A DNA stretch of 64,000 nt from the NCBI GenBank assembly GCA_028865725.1, contig JAGWJP010000002.1:104050-168049 (forward strand). The letters are read 5' to 3'. Each line of letters begins with the position of its first letter. Within the stretch, counting starts at the first letter, position 1. This stretch comes from Patescibacteria group bacterium (GTDB lineage: Bacteria > Patescibacteriota > Minisyncoccia > UBA6257 > JACRHW01). Made by a program: the position numbers and the translations under genes. Of this stretch, positions 28,525 through 39,295 are shown piece by piece. The notes beneath the pieces were generated by a model. The model searched no databases and was not told where the DNA came from. It saw only the letters and a list, made by a program, of their open reading frames with translations.

Positions 28525-29181
28525 CTATAGTACTTTTTCTTTAAAAAGTGCTTCGCGCACTCGTTTTCCTGCATCGGTAAGGCTGTAAAAATACCGAATA
28601 ATCGGCTTAGGACATGAAGGTGTCGTTCCATATCGCGTCTCTGCATGAACAAGTAACTCCACGTACATCTTTCCGAGCTCCTCTAGTACCTCATTTCTTT
28701 TCAGATTCGTCAAGCATGCACATATGCTATCCAGATCCATATACTCCTTATCAGAAAGTACGTTGAGAAGCGCGCGTGCGGAACCATATTCTTCAGGACA
28801 GGCCTGAAATTTCTTCAGGATCACAAGAATCGACAATGAGACCCGAGCATTCTCGACAACCTCCATGACAGTATCGCACTCACGTGCCACATCTCGAAGA
28901 TAATTATCCGCGGAGTTATAAAACCTCTGCAAAAATGGTTTCAATGGGTCATACGCAGCTAAAAATTCATCTAACGCCTTCAAGTCTCCTTGTGCGAGAC
29001 GAAAATGCATGATGCCCAACGCCTCAAAAAGATAGTGTTTGTAGACGGGGGGGTCGCTTGCGTTAAAATCTCGTCGTGTAACTTCTTGAATCAAACCCTC
29101 GATTAACGCCGAAATCGTTGCGGACGTCTCCGCGACCATGCGCGCTTTTTGCGCAAGTAAAGTGAAATTCTCATCATTCAT
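28525..29181 (-). CDS. Hypothetical protein
   Basis: ORF 28525..29223, likely start at MNDENF (29181); C-terminal YFYSLTDAGKRVREALF may be a winged-helix segment; weak. Confidence 0.35.
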   Translation of the reverse strand: MNDENFTLLAQKARMVAETSATISALIEGLIQEVTRRDFNASDPPVYKHYLFEALGIMHFRLAQGDLKALDEFLAAYDPLKPFLQRFYNSADNYLRDVARECDTVMEVVENARVSLSILVILKKFQACPEEYGSARALLNVLSDKEYMDLDSICACLTNLKRNEVLEELGKMYVELLVHAETRYGTTPSCPKPIIRYFYSLTDAGKRVREALFKEKVL

Positions 29182-29324
29182 CGCTATACCTCTCTTTTCA
29201 CAGTGCTGTCTGCAGGGTAGCACATAAGTATGATTATGTAAAGTTTTCCACGAACGACACGGGTCTCATTGCCTCCTTCTCTACAGTAAATAAAATCCAC
29301 CACAAGAAACGTGGTGGAAAATCG

Positions 29325-29957
29325 TTATCGTCGGATCCGCTTATTCTTTGGGAAAAAGATATCAGTACCGAATTGATAAGCGTTCCACTCATTCACACTG
29401 GCATCAAGGGCGTACGTATGCCAGAAGTGATGGAACAACTCATGGCGTATCGTATTCTCATTTCCCAAGGAACTCACATCAAAAACTCTCTTGCGGGCCT
29501 TTACCCATATGTGCCCTGGCGGACTATATAAATCCTCGGGCGTTTCTAATCCATTTCCAGAATCGGCCATCATTGCTTCGCTTGTGACACGCAGCATTAC
29601 AGACGTACGCATATTCCTCCATTGATAAAGCGACGCATTCCACTGAGGAATCAGATACAGATTAGGATAGTAATGTGCGCAATAGGTAGGAAAGTCATAA
29701 TATGCTCTTACAATAACACGAGGAAGACCCTCTTCATGAAGTATCTGTACTCCCCCCTCACGTTCTACGTACACGGTCAGATTTCCTACCGCAATGGTTC
29801 TTACAGGCACATAACGCCACGGCGCGTACAAATCATAGATTGCTTTCACAGAAATTCCTCTCATTCCACATATGCATTGAACAATCACCACGGAGAGAAC
29901 AATAATCACGCCGCACTGAACCGCCTTATGAGCCCATACATTGCGTACGCGTTTCAC
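29325..29957 (-). CDS. Hypothetical membrane-anchored protein with HExxH motif
   Basis: 210 aa; N-terminal TM helix; HELFHHFWH near C-terminus could be a zincin-like metal site. Confidence 0.4.
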   Translation of the reverse strand: MKRVRNVWAHKAVQCGVIIVLSVVIVQCICGMRGISVKAIYDLYAPWRYVPVRTIAVGNLTVYVEREGGVQILHEEGLPRVIVRAYYDFPTYCAHYYPNLYLIPQWNASLYQWRNMRTSVMLRVTSEAMMADSGNGLETPEDLYSPPGHIWVKARKRVFDVSSLGNENTIRHELFHHFWHTYALDASVNEWNAYQFGTDIFFPKNKRIRR

Positions 29958-30053
29958 GCATCTTCGCTCCTTTCAAGGTACTGCTATAATTTAACCATAA
30001 ATAATATTACGCGTCAAATACCTTGCGAGAATCTGCGTACAGACACAATGATC

Positions 30054-30884
30054 CTACCGCGCGTTGAAAAACCGCGTTGCGTTCATAAATGTAACCTGCT
30101 CTACCTCCTCAAACGCTATGCGCTTTACTTCCGCGATCTTCTCTGCCACTTTTTTTACGAATATCGGCTCATTACGCTCCCCTCGATGCGGCTCCGGCGC
30201 CACGTAGGGCGCATCCGTCTCAAGCACAATACGATCAAGCGGTACGTATGCGACATGCTCGCGATGTACATCGGCATTGCGAAAGGTAATCGCACCTCCA
30301 AACCCGATACAAAAACCGAGATCCAAAAACTTTTTTGCGGTCTCATTACTTCCCACAAAGAAGTGAATGATTCCAGGATTCTCTGGAAGATGATGCACCT
30401 CTGGTTTCAGAAGATCATAAAGGTCATCATACGCATCTTCTCCGCTCTCTGGTCGGCAATGAATCATGAGTGGTTTCTTATATTTTGTAGCCGCCTCAAG
30501 CTGAACCATAAAAATCTCCCTCTCTTTATCTCGTATTGCAGGCTCCTCGATTCGGAAGTAGTCGAGCCCACACTCGCCTATCATTGAGATGCCCGCATTC
30601 CGCGCAAGTTCATCGAAACGCGCCGCATCAAACTCTTCGTGATAATCCTCCCGTTTTTCTTGCGGATCATGATGGCGCACAAAATTAGTAGGATGAAACC
30701 CTGCAGTCGCATAAACCCCATCGAAACGGTATTGCTCAGCCAGTAAGAGTGCGGCACGAGAACTTATAATGTCAGTCCCTACATTGGCGAAATATACATC
30801 TGCAGTCTTAGCGCGCGTCAAAACCATATCACGATCGTCGTCAAATGCTGCAAATTGAACATGGGTGTGTGTATCGAAGAGCAT
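30054..30884 (-). CDS. TatD-family metal-dependent DNase/hydrolase
   Basis: MLFDTHTHVQF N-terminal His motif, further conserved His/Glu/Asp positions of TatD TIM-barrel hydrolases; ORF track start 30938 probably over-extended. Confidence 0.85.
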   Translation of the reverse strand: MLFDTHTHVQFAAFDDDRDMVLTRAKTADVYFANVGTDIISSRAALLLAEQYRFDGVYATAGFHPTNFVRHHDPQEKREDYHEEFDAARFDELARNAGISMIGECGLDYFRIEEPAIRDKEREIFMVQLEAATKYKKPLMIHCRPESGEDAYDDLYDLLKPEVHHLPENPGIIHFFVGSNETAKKFLDLGFCIGFGGAITFRNADVHREHVAYVPLDRIVLETDAPYVAPEPHRGERNEPIFVKKVAEKIAEVKRIAFEEVEQVTFMNATRFFNAR

Positions 30885-30888
30885 ATCT

Positions 30889-31734
30889 CTATTGAGATTC
30901 TGATAGGGTATAGAAGTTTTCAAAAAGTTTGGCAACAAGAATAGGTCCTGTTCCTCCGGGAGTGGGCGTATAAAATGCGAGCCGTTTCATCTCCTCTGGT
31001 TCGGCATAAAGATCTCCCCGTAATTTCCCCTCTACCATACTTGTTCCAAAATCAATGACACCTGCGCCTTCCTTTACCATGTGTGCATGGATCAGTCCGG
31101 GAGATCCTGTTCCTGTAATCACGAGATCGGCATTTCGAATACCACAAGTACTGCTCAACAAATCGCTTTTTCGGGTCAGAATAGTAAGTTCTTTCACTCT
31201 GCCCTGCAACCATGTCGCGACAGGCTTCCCAATTAAAAAACCAACCCCCACCACCGCGACGCGCATCCTTTCTAAAACAAGTTTGCGATCATTACAAATC
31301 TCCTCAATCACTGATAGGGCGGGTGGCACCACAAGACTATCGCCATTATAAAATGCGCCGCGCGCCCGTTCGCCTAACACGTCCACATCCTTTGCGGCAT
31401 CAATGCTGTTTAAGAGCGCGTGGGACCCAAGATGAGATGCAAGAGGAAGTTGTACAAGTACGCCTCCGCAACGAGGTTCGCGCTGTACGTCTTCGATCTC
31501 ACGTCGAACTGCTTCCGCGGCAGCATGTTCTGGTAACTGATACAATCTAAACTCAACTCCTAACGCCTCCGCCACTTCTTCTTTCTTTTTCAAAAAATTC
31601 AACGAAACAAGGTTATCCCCCACTACAAACGCAGCCAAAAATCTATCCGGCTTTGTTCGAGCCGCAAGACGCACGATAATATCACGTGCCATCTCTTTAC
31701 CCTGTATACGATACCCCGCAGAAAAAGTATCCAT
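30889..31734 (-). CDS. folD: Bifunctional methylenetetrahydrofolate dehydrogenase/cyclohydrolase FolD
   Basis: 281 aa; FolD N-terminal catalytic and C-terminal Rossmann domains, GxGxxVG-like NADP motif VVGVGFLIGKP, PGGTGP C-terminal motif. Confidence 0.88.
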   Translation of the reverse strand: MDTFSAGYRIQGKEMARDIIVRLAARTKPDRFLAAFVVGDNLVSLNFLKKKEEVAEALGVEFRLYQLPEHAAAEAVRREIEDVQREPRCGGVLVQLPLASHLGSHALLNSIDAAKDVDVLGERARGAFYNGDSLVVPPALSVIEEICNDRKLVLERMRVAVVGVGFLIGKPVATWLQGRVKELTILTRKSDLLSSTCGIRNADLVITGTGSPGLIHAHMVKEGAGVIDFGTSMVEGKLRGDLYAEPEEMKRLAFYTPTPGGTGPILVAKLFENFYTLSESQ

Positions 31735-31770
31735 AGTTTTTTATAACATAAAAAAAGAAAAAGCCGTCAT

Positions 31771-32307
31771 CTATTGTGACGGCGGAGGTTCGGAAAAAAA
31801 TCCAATCGGAGGATTAAACCCGGCGAAATATTCTACAAGGTGATCAAACCATAACGCACGAGATTCAAAAAGATTAAACCCATTCGCATACACAAGCTTA
31901 AATATCGTAATAAGCTCAACGCCATCTGAAGTTTCTTCTAGTTGCACACCGTAGAGCACATCCGCATCAATTCCAAAACATCCCTTGATACGTGCAGTAA
32001 GTGACCTATAATACTGAGAAAATGTTCCATGTGCTACCAACTCATGATCGATTAGTTTTACGACGGCGCGCACATCTGCAATCGACACATGGCGTAATGC
32101 AGCTATCTTCTTAGTGCTTATAACATGAGAAACGCATTTTGTCTTAATATCGTAGAAAATACTTCGCATAGTACCCAACAATGTATGAATTTCGGCACCG
32201 CACACGATGCATTTTATTTCTTCATAGGATGATCCTGCATCCATAGAAAGAAGCGCTGTGGTGCAATACCTTGCATCTGCTTCGTGGGAATCGGCCACCT
32301 TTCTCAC
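31771..32307 (-). CDS. Hypothetical protein (178 aa)
   Basis: Intact ORF between folD and a 130-bp gap; possible CxxC (CIVCG) near N-terminus; no family assigned. Confidence 0.35.
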   Translation of the reverse strand: MRKVADSHEADARYCTTALLSMDAGSSYEEIKCIVCGAEIHTLLGTMRSIFYDIKTKCVSHVISTKKIAALRHVSIADVRAVVKLIDHELVAHGTFSQYYRSLTARIKGCFGIDADVLYGVQLEETSDGVELITIFKLVYANGFNLFESRALWFDHLVEYFAGFNPPIGFFSEPPPSQ

Positions 32308-32476
32308 CTCCTGTTATCAATCTCTGCTTTCTCTAGTATGCAGATAAATCCTTGTATTGCGCAAGAGCAAGAGCCACCCGCTTACAAGCCCTCACATAAA
32401 ACTTGACATAATATAATAAATATGATAGGAACAGATGTTGGTGGGAGAAATCTTACCAAAATTAAACCGGAGGTAT

Positions 32477-32743
32477 ATGAAAATGCTGTTCCTTTTGATG
32501 ATCCTTTGGCAATTTGTAACGGCGGGCGTGGCGGTGAAGCTCCTGTGGGGATGGTTCATTACTCCCTTCGGACTTCCTGCGCTCTCGGTGGCGCACGGGG
32601 TCGGGATTGCGATTCTTGCATCCTTCTGCACCATACAATACATCCCCCGGACGGACGAAGAACAGCGAAAAGCTTTTCTCTTTGAAACCCTTCTGCCCCT
32701 CCTCGCAATCGCCTGCGGATTCATTGCTCACTTGCTCATGTAA
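32477..32743 (+). CDS. Small hydrophobic membrane protein
   Basis: One of the few plus-strand ORFs; three predicted TM segments; followed by a strong bidirectional terminator. Confidence 0.4.
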   Translation: MKMLFLLMILWQFVTAGVAVKLLWGWFITPFGLPALSVAHGVGIAILASFCTIQYIPRTDEEQRKAFLFETLLPLLAIACGFIAHLLM

Positions 32744-32747
32744 ATCA

Positions 32748-32771
32748 AGCCTCCGCGAAGGAGGCTTTTTC
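32748..32771 (+). terminator. Rho-independent (bidirectional) terminator
   Basis: AAGCCTCCGCGAAGGAGGCTT hairpin followed by TTTTT; serves convergent genes 32477..32743 (+) and 32800..34479 (-). Confidence 0.7.
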
Positions 32772-32799
32772 ATTATGAGCGAAGGTACACACAAGGCGG

Positions 32800-34479
32800 C
32801 TACTCGATGTTTACGTGATCCATGGAGTATTCGAGAGTAGCATTGGTTTTTTTGTGAGGATTAAAGATATCGTCCGGATCAAAAATATGTTTGATCTTCT
32901 TGAAAATCTCAAAAATTTCATCACCAAACATGTCGCGCAAATAGGCGCCCCGGACCATGCCGTCATTGTGCTCCCCTGTCATTGAGCCTTTATACTTAAA
33001 CACTAGGCTATATACTTTTTTAGACAATTCGGGAATAATTTCTTTGATATGCGGATTGTGAAAATCAGCAAGAGGAATAATGTGAAAGTTTCCATTGCCT
33101 ATATGCCCTGCGATAGTATAAATAAGATCATAGGGCTTTAGGATGGCATCAAGCTCGGGAAGAAAAGTGGCAAGGTCCTGTGGATGCACCACAATGTCAT
33201 CAATAAACGGCGCAGTCCTCTTCCCGCTTACATGTTTTCGAAGCAAGTTAAAACTCTCACGACGAATCACCCAATACTTTCTTGCTTCTTCCTCAGATGC
33301 CGTAATGCGCATGGTGAGATGCAACGGCAAAAGATCGGCTTGCGCCGCACGCGCTTTCTCCATTACTTCTTCTTCGGAATCTCCGGTAAACTCTGCCATC
33401 AAAATGAGCTTGGGCATACCGCCTGTTAACACCATCCACGCTTCTGGCAAAAATTGAAACGCAAGGTTAATAAGACTTGATCTAAAAAATTTGACAATGT
33501 CTGGGAAAAACTTTACTGCAAGCTGGAGCGTATGGTCATCGTACGACTCAAAACTTTCCGGATGATGCGCAAGTACGGCGTTCACCACCTTTGGCAATAC
33601 CGATACATCTTTCAAAAATACTACGAGAAGCGTGGAGTGTTTCTTGGGGCGAACAAGCCGATAGGTAATTTCAGTAATTGCGCCAAGCGTGCCCTGTGAA
33701 CCGACAAATAATTTGGTGAGATCAAAGAAGCCTGTTTTCTTGTCCCAGACATCCCATATCTGATATCCTGCGGAGTTCTTTGATACCGTAGGGCGCGCTG
33801 CCTGAATTATATCGTAATGATCACTAAGCAGCTTGAAGCTGTCGCGGTACACAGATCCTTCAAACGTATTGAGCTGCATTTTTTGGTCAAGCTCCTCCTT
33901 CGTGAGCGCATGGAACGCATACTCATGACTATCGGATAACACCACCTTCAACGCATCAACATAACGAATCGTCTGGCCGTACACCAATGTTTTTTCTCCC
34001 GCAGAGTTATTCGCCGCCATGCCGCCCACCGTACATATCTCGCGCGAGGCGGGATACGTAGGAAGCAAAAATCCCTTTGCAAGCGTTGCCTTTTCAAAAT
34101 CCCTATAGTAAACACCCGGCTCCACTACGGCATATCCTTCTTCTGCATTCCGGGGATTCGTACCCACCTCCAAAATGTGATTGAAGTAACGCGTCATGTC
34201 GACAAGGAGGGACTCGGTAATGGAGCCGCCGCTCATATCAGTCCCTCCGGAACGCATCGTAAGCGAAAGATGATCGTCTCTATGCTGACGGACAAAAGCG
34301 ATCACTTGCTCCAGATCATCTTTATTTTTTGGATAGATCACCGCACGCGGCTCCAGCTCAAAAATGCTCGCATCATGGTTGTGTGCGGTACGCGTCGATT
34401 CATCCGTGGCGACTTCGCCTTTGATGAGGTGAGAAAGTTCTGTGGTGGCGTCGATCATAGGATGATAAGAAAAAACCAT
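32800..34479 (-). CDS. FAD-linked oxidase (PCMH-type FAD-binding, GlcD/D-lactate dehydrogenase-like)
   Basis: 559 aa; N-terminal FAD_binding_4-like region (SGGTDMSGGS, TVGGMAANNSAGEK), C-terminal FAD-oxidase_C-like domain. Confidence 0.78.
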   Translation of the reverse strand: MVFSYHPMIDATTELSHLIKGEVATDESTRTAHNHDASIFELEPRAVIYPKNKDDLEQVIAFVRQHRDDHLSLTMRSGGTDMSGGSITESLLVDMTRYFNHILEVGTNPRNAEEGYAVVEPGVYYRDFEKATLAKGFLLPTYPASREICTVGGMAANNSAGEKTLVYGQTIRYVDALKVVLSDSHEYAFHALTKEELDQKMQLNTFEGSVYRDSFKLLSDHYDIIQAARPTVSKNSAGYQIWDVWDKKTGFFDLTKLFVGSQGTLGAITEITYRLVRPKKHSTLLVVFLKDVSVLPKVVNAVLAHHPESFESYDDHTLQLAVKFFPDIVKFFRSSLINLAFQFLPEAWMVLTGGMPKLILMAEFTGDSEEEVMEKARAAQADLLPLHLTMRITASEEEARKYWVIRRESFNLLRKHVSGKRTAPFIDDIVVHPQDLATFLPELDAILKPYDLIYTIAGHIGNGNFHIIPLADFHNPHIKEIIPELSKKVYSLVFKYKGSMTGEHNDGMVRGAYLRDMFGDEIFEIFKKIKHIFDPDDIFNPHKKTNATLEYSMDHVNIE

Positions 34480-35693
34480 TATCCCTTCACAGGGAACTTT
34501 TTACATAATGCCCGAATCTCGTTTTTCACATTCTTGTGTTCAACAATAACCCCATGAATCATATGAGCCACGCGTACCATCTCCTTTTCTTTCATTCCAC
34601 GCGTCGTGAGCGTAGGCGTTCCCATACGAATTCCTGATGGATCCATCGGCGAACGCGTATCAAACGGGATCGTATTCTTATTCACAATAATACCATTCTT
34701 TTCAAGTAGCGTGCTCGCCTCGCCTCCGGGAATGCCGCGCGCAAACGTGTCGATCAGTAAAAGATGGGTGTCAGTACCCCCCGATACAATCCGCCATCCA
34801 AGATACTGCAATTCTTTGGCAAGGACGCGCGCATTCTGTACCACCTGTTTTGCATAATCACGAAACGCGGGCTGCGCGGCCTCCTCGAGGGCCACGGCCG
34901 TACCTGCGATTTGGTTGACATGAGGTCCTCCCTGAAACCCGGGAAACACAGCTTTGTCGATTGCTTTTGCAAGATCGCTTTTACAGAAAATCATCGCACC
35001 GCGTGGACCTCGAAGCGTTTTGTGAGTAGTGGTCGTTACAATATCCGCATAAGGGAACGGGCTTGGAATCGCTCTTCCTGCCACAAGCCCTGCAAAGTGG
35101 GACATATCCACCATAAAATACGCATGTACGGTATCCGCAATCTTTCGCAATGCTCCAAAGTCTATTTTCCTCGGATATGCAGTAAACCCTGCCACAATGA
35201 GCTTTGGCTGTTCCTGGATCGCAAGATTCGCCAATTGTGCATAATCGAGCATTTCAGTACTCTTGTTCACACCATAAGGCACCTGTTTCCATGCATTCCC
35301 CGTAAAACTTACTTTGTGGCCGTGCGTAAGATGCCCTCCCATATCAAGCTGCATTCCCATAATCTTTTCACCGAGCGGCACGAGGCCCGCATACACCGCT
35401 AGATTTGCAGGAGAACCAGAATAGGGCTGCACATTCACATGCCACTTCTTCGGCGACAGACGAAACGCACGAAGCGCACGCTCCCTACACAATTGCTCTA
35501 CTTCATCTACCACCTCATTCCCTGCATAATATCGTCTCCCCGGATACCCTTCCGCGTATTTATTCGTAAACACCGATCCTAAGGCATCGCGGACACCTTG
35601 CGACACAATATTTTCAGAAGGAATCAAATCCAACGTCTCCTCTTGGCGCACGGTTTCTTTTTTTATAAGATTTCCGATCACACGATCTTTCAT
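34479..35693 (-). CDS. glyA: Serine hydroxymethyltransferase
   Basis: 404 aa; PLP-lysine motif TTTTHKTLRGPRG, SHMT N-terminal LIPSENIVS motif. Confidence 0.95.
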   Translation of the reverse strand: MKDRVIGNLIKKETVRQEETLDLIPSENIVSQGVRDALGSVFTNKYAEGYPGRRYYAGNEVVDEVEQLCRERALRAFRLSPKKWHVNVQPYSGSPANLAVYAGLVPLGEKIMGMQLDMGGHLTHGHKVSFTGNAWKQVPYGVNKSTEMLDYAQLANLAIQEQPKLIVAGFTAYPRKIDFGALRKIADTVHAYFMVDMSHFAGLVAGRAIPSPFPYADIVTTTTHKTLRGPRGAMIFCKSDLAKAIDKAVFPGFQGGPHVNQIAGTAVALEEAAQPAFRDYAKQVVQNARVLAKELQYLGWRIVSGGTDTHLLLIDTFARGIPGGEASTLLEKNGIIVNKNTIPFDTRSPMDPSGIRMGTPTLTTRGMKEKEMVRVAHMIHGVIVEHKNVKNEIRALCKKFPVKG

Positions 35694-35839
35694 AATTTAT
35701 TTTAATTTTGTCTATCACGACACAAACGGACATTTCGTTATTTACTGTACCATATTTTTTACAGGAGAAAAAACAAACCCCCTTAATGAAAAGGTGGGGT
35801 TTGAAGAATTAAAGATGTTTCACTCCTTTTAAGTCCGGC

Positions 35840-36469
35840 TTATTTGTTATAATCAGCCGGATATTCTACGCGTGGATTAAAACCACCCTTTTTTAGTGCC
35901 TCGGTAATTTTATTTTGCTCCTCTTCCAAATCAATAATATCGCCACGAAGAACTTGTTCTTCTGCATCGTTTAACATCCCCCTCCCCTCGCGAAGTCTAG
36001 CACGCATCCTCTCGATCTCTTTTTGCAATCTCTTCCATTCATCGACTTGCCGCAATGCCTCTTTGTTTTTTTTGATATTTTCAGTATCCTTCACTATCCT
36101 CTCTTTATAAAAAAGATCTTTCATAAATCCCCAGAAATTTTTTTTCGGTGTCACCACTGTTTCTTTTTCTCCTGTATTTTTATCCGTAGGCGGAATAACA
36201 AATTTTTCAGGTTTTTTTTCCTCTATTCCAGGAAACTTCCTTCCTCCTGCTGTTTCAAGAATCTTTGCGCGCAAATTTTTTTCTTCTTCCCGTTTAGCAG
36301 CCAGACGAGATCGTTCTTCATCAGTCATCGGTCCGATCTCCGGCCCCTCGTTTTTTCTCGGCTTTGGAAAAGAAAACGAAGGTTTTACTAACTCGGTTAC
36401 GTGGCGTTGCGTCACGTCATCAAGTGGTCGCGATAATTGTTCCTTTTTTTTAATAGCAGGTCCTTCCAT
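35840..36469 (-). CDS. Hypothetical Lys/Glu-rich coiled-coil protein
   Basis: 209 aa, highly charged, own terminator hairpin at about 35780..35815 on minus strand. Confidence 0.4.
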   Translation of the reverse strand: MEGPAIKKKEQLSRPLDDVTQRHVTELVKPSFSFPKPRKNEGPEIGPMTDEERSRLAAKREEEKNLRAKILETAGGRKFPGIEEKKPEKFVIPPTDKNTGEKETVVTPKKNFWGFMKDLFYKERIVKDTENIKKNKEALRQVDEWKRLQKEIERMRARLREGRGMLNDAEEQVLRGDIIDLEEEQNKITEALKKGGFNPRVEYPADYNK

Positions 36470-36537
36470 AAAAATTGATATATTAATTTAGTGAGTGCAT
36501 CATGTATAATTTTAGTATAGAGGAGTTACGCACTTCG

Positions 36538-37143
36538 TCAATCTGGCACGAACTGTTTTCTTCCCCAACGATCGCGCAGGGTGTGTATAATAATGGGCAA
36601 AAACGAACTCGCAAAAATAAGCCCTAAGACAAGCGCGATGTGCGACTCTAGATTTGGGAAATGGATTCCAAAATAAAATCCGGAAAATACAAACACACAC
36701 ATCCATCCTACAATACCCAGCACATCATAAAGAAAAAATAGTGGGAAGAACATGCGCCCTATTCCTGCAAGTGTGGGGACAAAACTCCTCACAATAGGGA
36801 AAAAACGGCCGATCACCACAGTGCTCTTTCCATACCGCTCATAAAAGGCCTCTGCGCGTGCGACATGTTGCTTGTGAAAAAATTTGTGTGTTTCGCTGAC
36901 AAACACTCTTCTTCCCCCCGCTTTCCCCACAAAATAGCCGAGCATATCGCCAAGCACCGCAGCCACGATCACGAGAGTACACACTACCCCAATACGAAAC
37001 TCTCCCTGCGCAGAAAGAATTCCCGCCGCAAAAAGCAACGTATCACCGGGCAAGAAAAACCCAAAAAACAACCCTGTTTCCGCAAACACAATGCCTGCGA
37101 GCCCCACATAACCAAATGTATGAAGAAGTGTGGTTGGATCCAT
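36538..37143 (-). CDS. DedA-family membrane protein
   Basis: 201 aa; DedA signature region GLFFGFFLPGDTLLFAAG and multiple TM helices. Confidence 0.8.
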   Translation of the reverse strand: MDPTTLLHTFGYVGLAGIVFAETGLFFGFFLPGDTLLFAAGILSAQGEFRIGVVCTLVIVAAVLGDMLGYFVGKAGGRRVFVSETHKFFHKQHVARAEAFYERYGKSTVVIGRFFPIVRSFVPTLAGIGRMFFPLFFLYDVLGIVGWMCVFVFSGFYFGIHFPNLESHIALVLGLIFASSFLPIIIHTLRDRWGRKQFVPD

Positions 37144-37147
37144 ATTA

Positions 37148-37621
37148 CTATTGTTTTTCTGTTCCCTGCTTTAAGGACGCAATATCGCCTAATAATTTAC
37201 GCAAATCATTTTCAATATTTACAATCGCGCGTTGTGTTTTTTCCTCTTCCCCTTCCTCCTCTTCATCCTCTTCTTGCATCTTATCGATATCCTCTTCGAT
37301 TTCTTTCACATCCTCTTGCATTTCTTCCACATCATCACCCAGCCCCTTCACCTCTTCCTCAATGCTTTCCAAGTCATCGCTCACGTCGGCAATGGTTTCG
37401 ATGCTTCGATTCACCGTCATCTGAATAAAGATTGCGAGATAGATCGCTTCAAGCGATACAGCTGTTGTCAAAATAAGGAGGATGCTATCCGTTGTGACCC
37501 CTAAAAAATAAAAACCAAAAATCCCTATAAATAAAAAGGTGTGGACAATAATCGACGCGGGAGTCCCCACCCACTGCGTTGCCTTGATCGCCAGGCGTTC
37601 GATGGGAGAATCAGTATACAC
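37148..37621 (-). CDS. Hypothetical membrane protein with acidic coiled-coil C-terminus
   Basis: 157 aa; two TM helices then EEDIDKMQEEDEEEEGEEE acidic stretch; 5-nt gap to DedA gene. Confidence 0.4.
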   Translation of the reverse strand: MYTDSPIERLAIKATQWVGTPASIIVHTFLFIGIFGFYFLGVTTDSILLILTTAVSLEAIYLAIFIQMTVNRSIETIADVSDDLESIEEEVKGLGDDVEEMQEDVKEIEEDIDKMQEEDEEEEGEEEKTQRAIVNIENDLRKLLGDIASLKQGTEKQ

Positions 37622-37640
37622 AAAATAACGCTTACGTCAC

Positions 37641-38438
37641 TTAATTAATTTCATATGTGAGTGATTCGGTCACCTTCACTTCATTTGAACCCGGCTCTAT
37701 TTGCGGCGCTACTGCTTGCGGCGCTACTGCTGCCCGTTCAAGTCCAACTGACACGCCTGAATACCCACCGTAGGGCAACGAGGATTCTCCCTCTTGTACG
37801 GAAATAAGTTTACCAAGTTGAAAACCGCCTGCTTTCGCCACCATCTCTGCCTGTGCTCTTGCTTTCATAAGCGCATCGGCGCGCGCTGCGTTCATAGAGG
37901 TGGTTTCATCATCCACGATAAAAGAAAGCTGCGAGACAGAATTGGCGCCCTTTGCAACCACCCCGGCAAGGATGTCGCCAACAGTGGTAAAATCACGCAC
38001 CTTCACCTGAACATTCTGGGAAATAGTATACCCCGCAATATTGGGAGGAGGACATGGTCTTGAAATGCCGCCATTCGGGACCAGCACGACGCCGCATGAC
38101 GAGTACTCATACCGCGGCGCTACGCTATAACCCGTCGTCTTTATATCTTTTTTGTCGACGCCCTTTGACTTCACAAAATCAACTGCGGCATTTACCTTGT
38201 CGGTATTCATTTTCTGCAAATCAGCAAGATTTTTACCTCCTTCTGTAATCACGCTAAACGAAAACTCCGCCACATCGGGCAACGCGATCGCCTTCCCTTC
38301 CGCAGAGACTGTAAAATTGCGCTGTTCCGCAAGCTGTCCATAGGAGTGCACATACGAGACTCCTACGAACACAAGCGTCGCGAGAACCACAATCCCCATA
38401 ATCCCCACCCCGTTTTTAATTCTTGTATCCATAAACAA
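37641..38438 (-). CDS. SIMPL/DUF541-domain periplasmic protein
   Basis: 265 aa; N-terminal signal/anchor, architecture and conserved segments of the SIMPL (26 kDa periplasmic immunogenic protein) family. Confidence 0.7.
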   Translation of the reverse strand: MFMDTRIKNGVGIMGIVVLATLVFVGVSYVHSYGQLAEQRNFTVSAEGKAIALPDVAEFSFSVITEGGKNLADLQKMNTDKVNAAVDFVKSKGVDKKDIKTTGYSVAPRYEYSSCGVVLVPNGGISRPCPPPNIAGYTISQNVQVKVRDFTTVGDILAGVVAKGANSVSQLSFIVDDETTSMNAARADALMKARAQAEMVAKAGGFQLGKLISVQEGESSLPYGGYSGVSVGLERAAVAPQAVAPQIEPGSNEVKVTESLTYEIN

Positions 38439-38508
38439 TAATAAGATAAGTCGTTACTTCAATCATAGCAGATCTGCAGTAAACCACCAATACAATCCCA
38501 CTGTCACA

Positions 38509-39249
38509 TTATGCCGCAAGGGAAAAATCCTCATCCTCTACCAATGTCGGGTCGGACATCTCCTCTTCCCATTGTTCTCGGATACGTTCATTCAACATTT
38601 CATGTTTTCCTTTTGATAGCCCGCCCAACTCCTCAACCTCTCGTTCGTAGGTATCAAGCTGATCAATCCGTAACCACCGCATAAAATCGTGCTTCGTGTG
38701 AAAAAGTTTGAAAAGATCAACATGATGCGTATCCCGAATGGTGCGCGCAATATGAATCGCCGCGGCCCATGCATCCCGTTCTTCTTGTAAATTAATTTGT
38801 GCACCTTCTGAAACCTTTACATCATACGTCATACGCCATAAATCTACAGTCTTTTTCTTTTCCGGATTTTCCTCTCCCCATTTTTTCCATTTTGGAAATA
38901 TCTGTAAATGTCCAAGCTCGTGTAAAAACGTAAAAATATTTTTTGGATCACGCAACTCTTCTACCGTGAGAACGATAAAAAAGTTTTTCGTGTTTGCACC
39001 CCACCCGGGTTGTTCTCGAATTCCTATCTTCTTTGGGACACCGTCTTCCTCTCTCACGAAATCAGTAAATTCTAAAATAGTTCCGTCTTCGCTTTCTAAA
39101 AAAATACGAAGTGTGTTTTGATTCAAATCCTGACGAACCACTACATAGTGGTGGTTATTGTCGAGCGGAGTTCTCAACACTTCTTTTAAATCTTTAACCG
39201 CTTCCTTTTTGTTTTTAGGATCCGATTCTTTTTGTAATAAATTCTCCAT
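38509..39249 (-). CDS. Putative zinc metallopeptidase (HELGH motif, ImmA/IrrE-like)
   Basis: 246 aa; FLHELGHLQIF HExxH motif with downstream acidic residues. Confidence 0.4.
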   Translation of the reverse strand: MENLLQKESDPKNKKEAVKDLKEVLRTPLDNNHHYVVVRQDLNQNTLRIFLESEDGTILEFTDFVREEDGVPKKIGIREQPGWGANTKNFFIVLTVEELRDPKNIFTFLHELGHLQIFPKWKKWGEENPEKKKTVDLWRMTYDVKVSEGAQINLQEERDAWAAAIHIARTIRDTHHVDLFKLFHTKHDFMRWLRIDQLDTYEREVEELGGLSKGKHEMLNERIREQWEEEMSDPTLVEDEDFSLAA

Positions 39250-39295
39250 ACGTTATTTATTCCTATGTTGCACAACAAAAGATATTGTATAGATT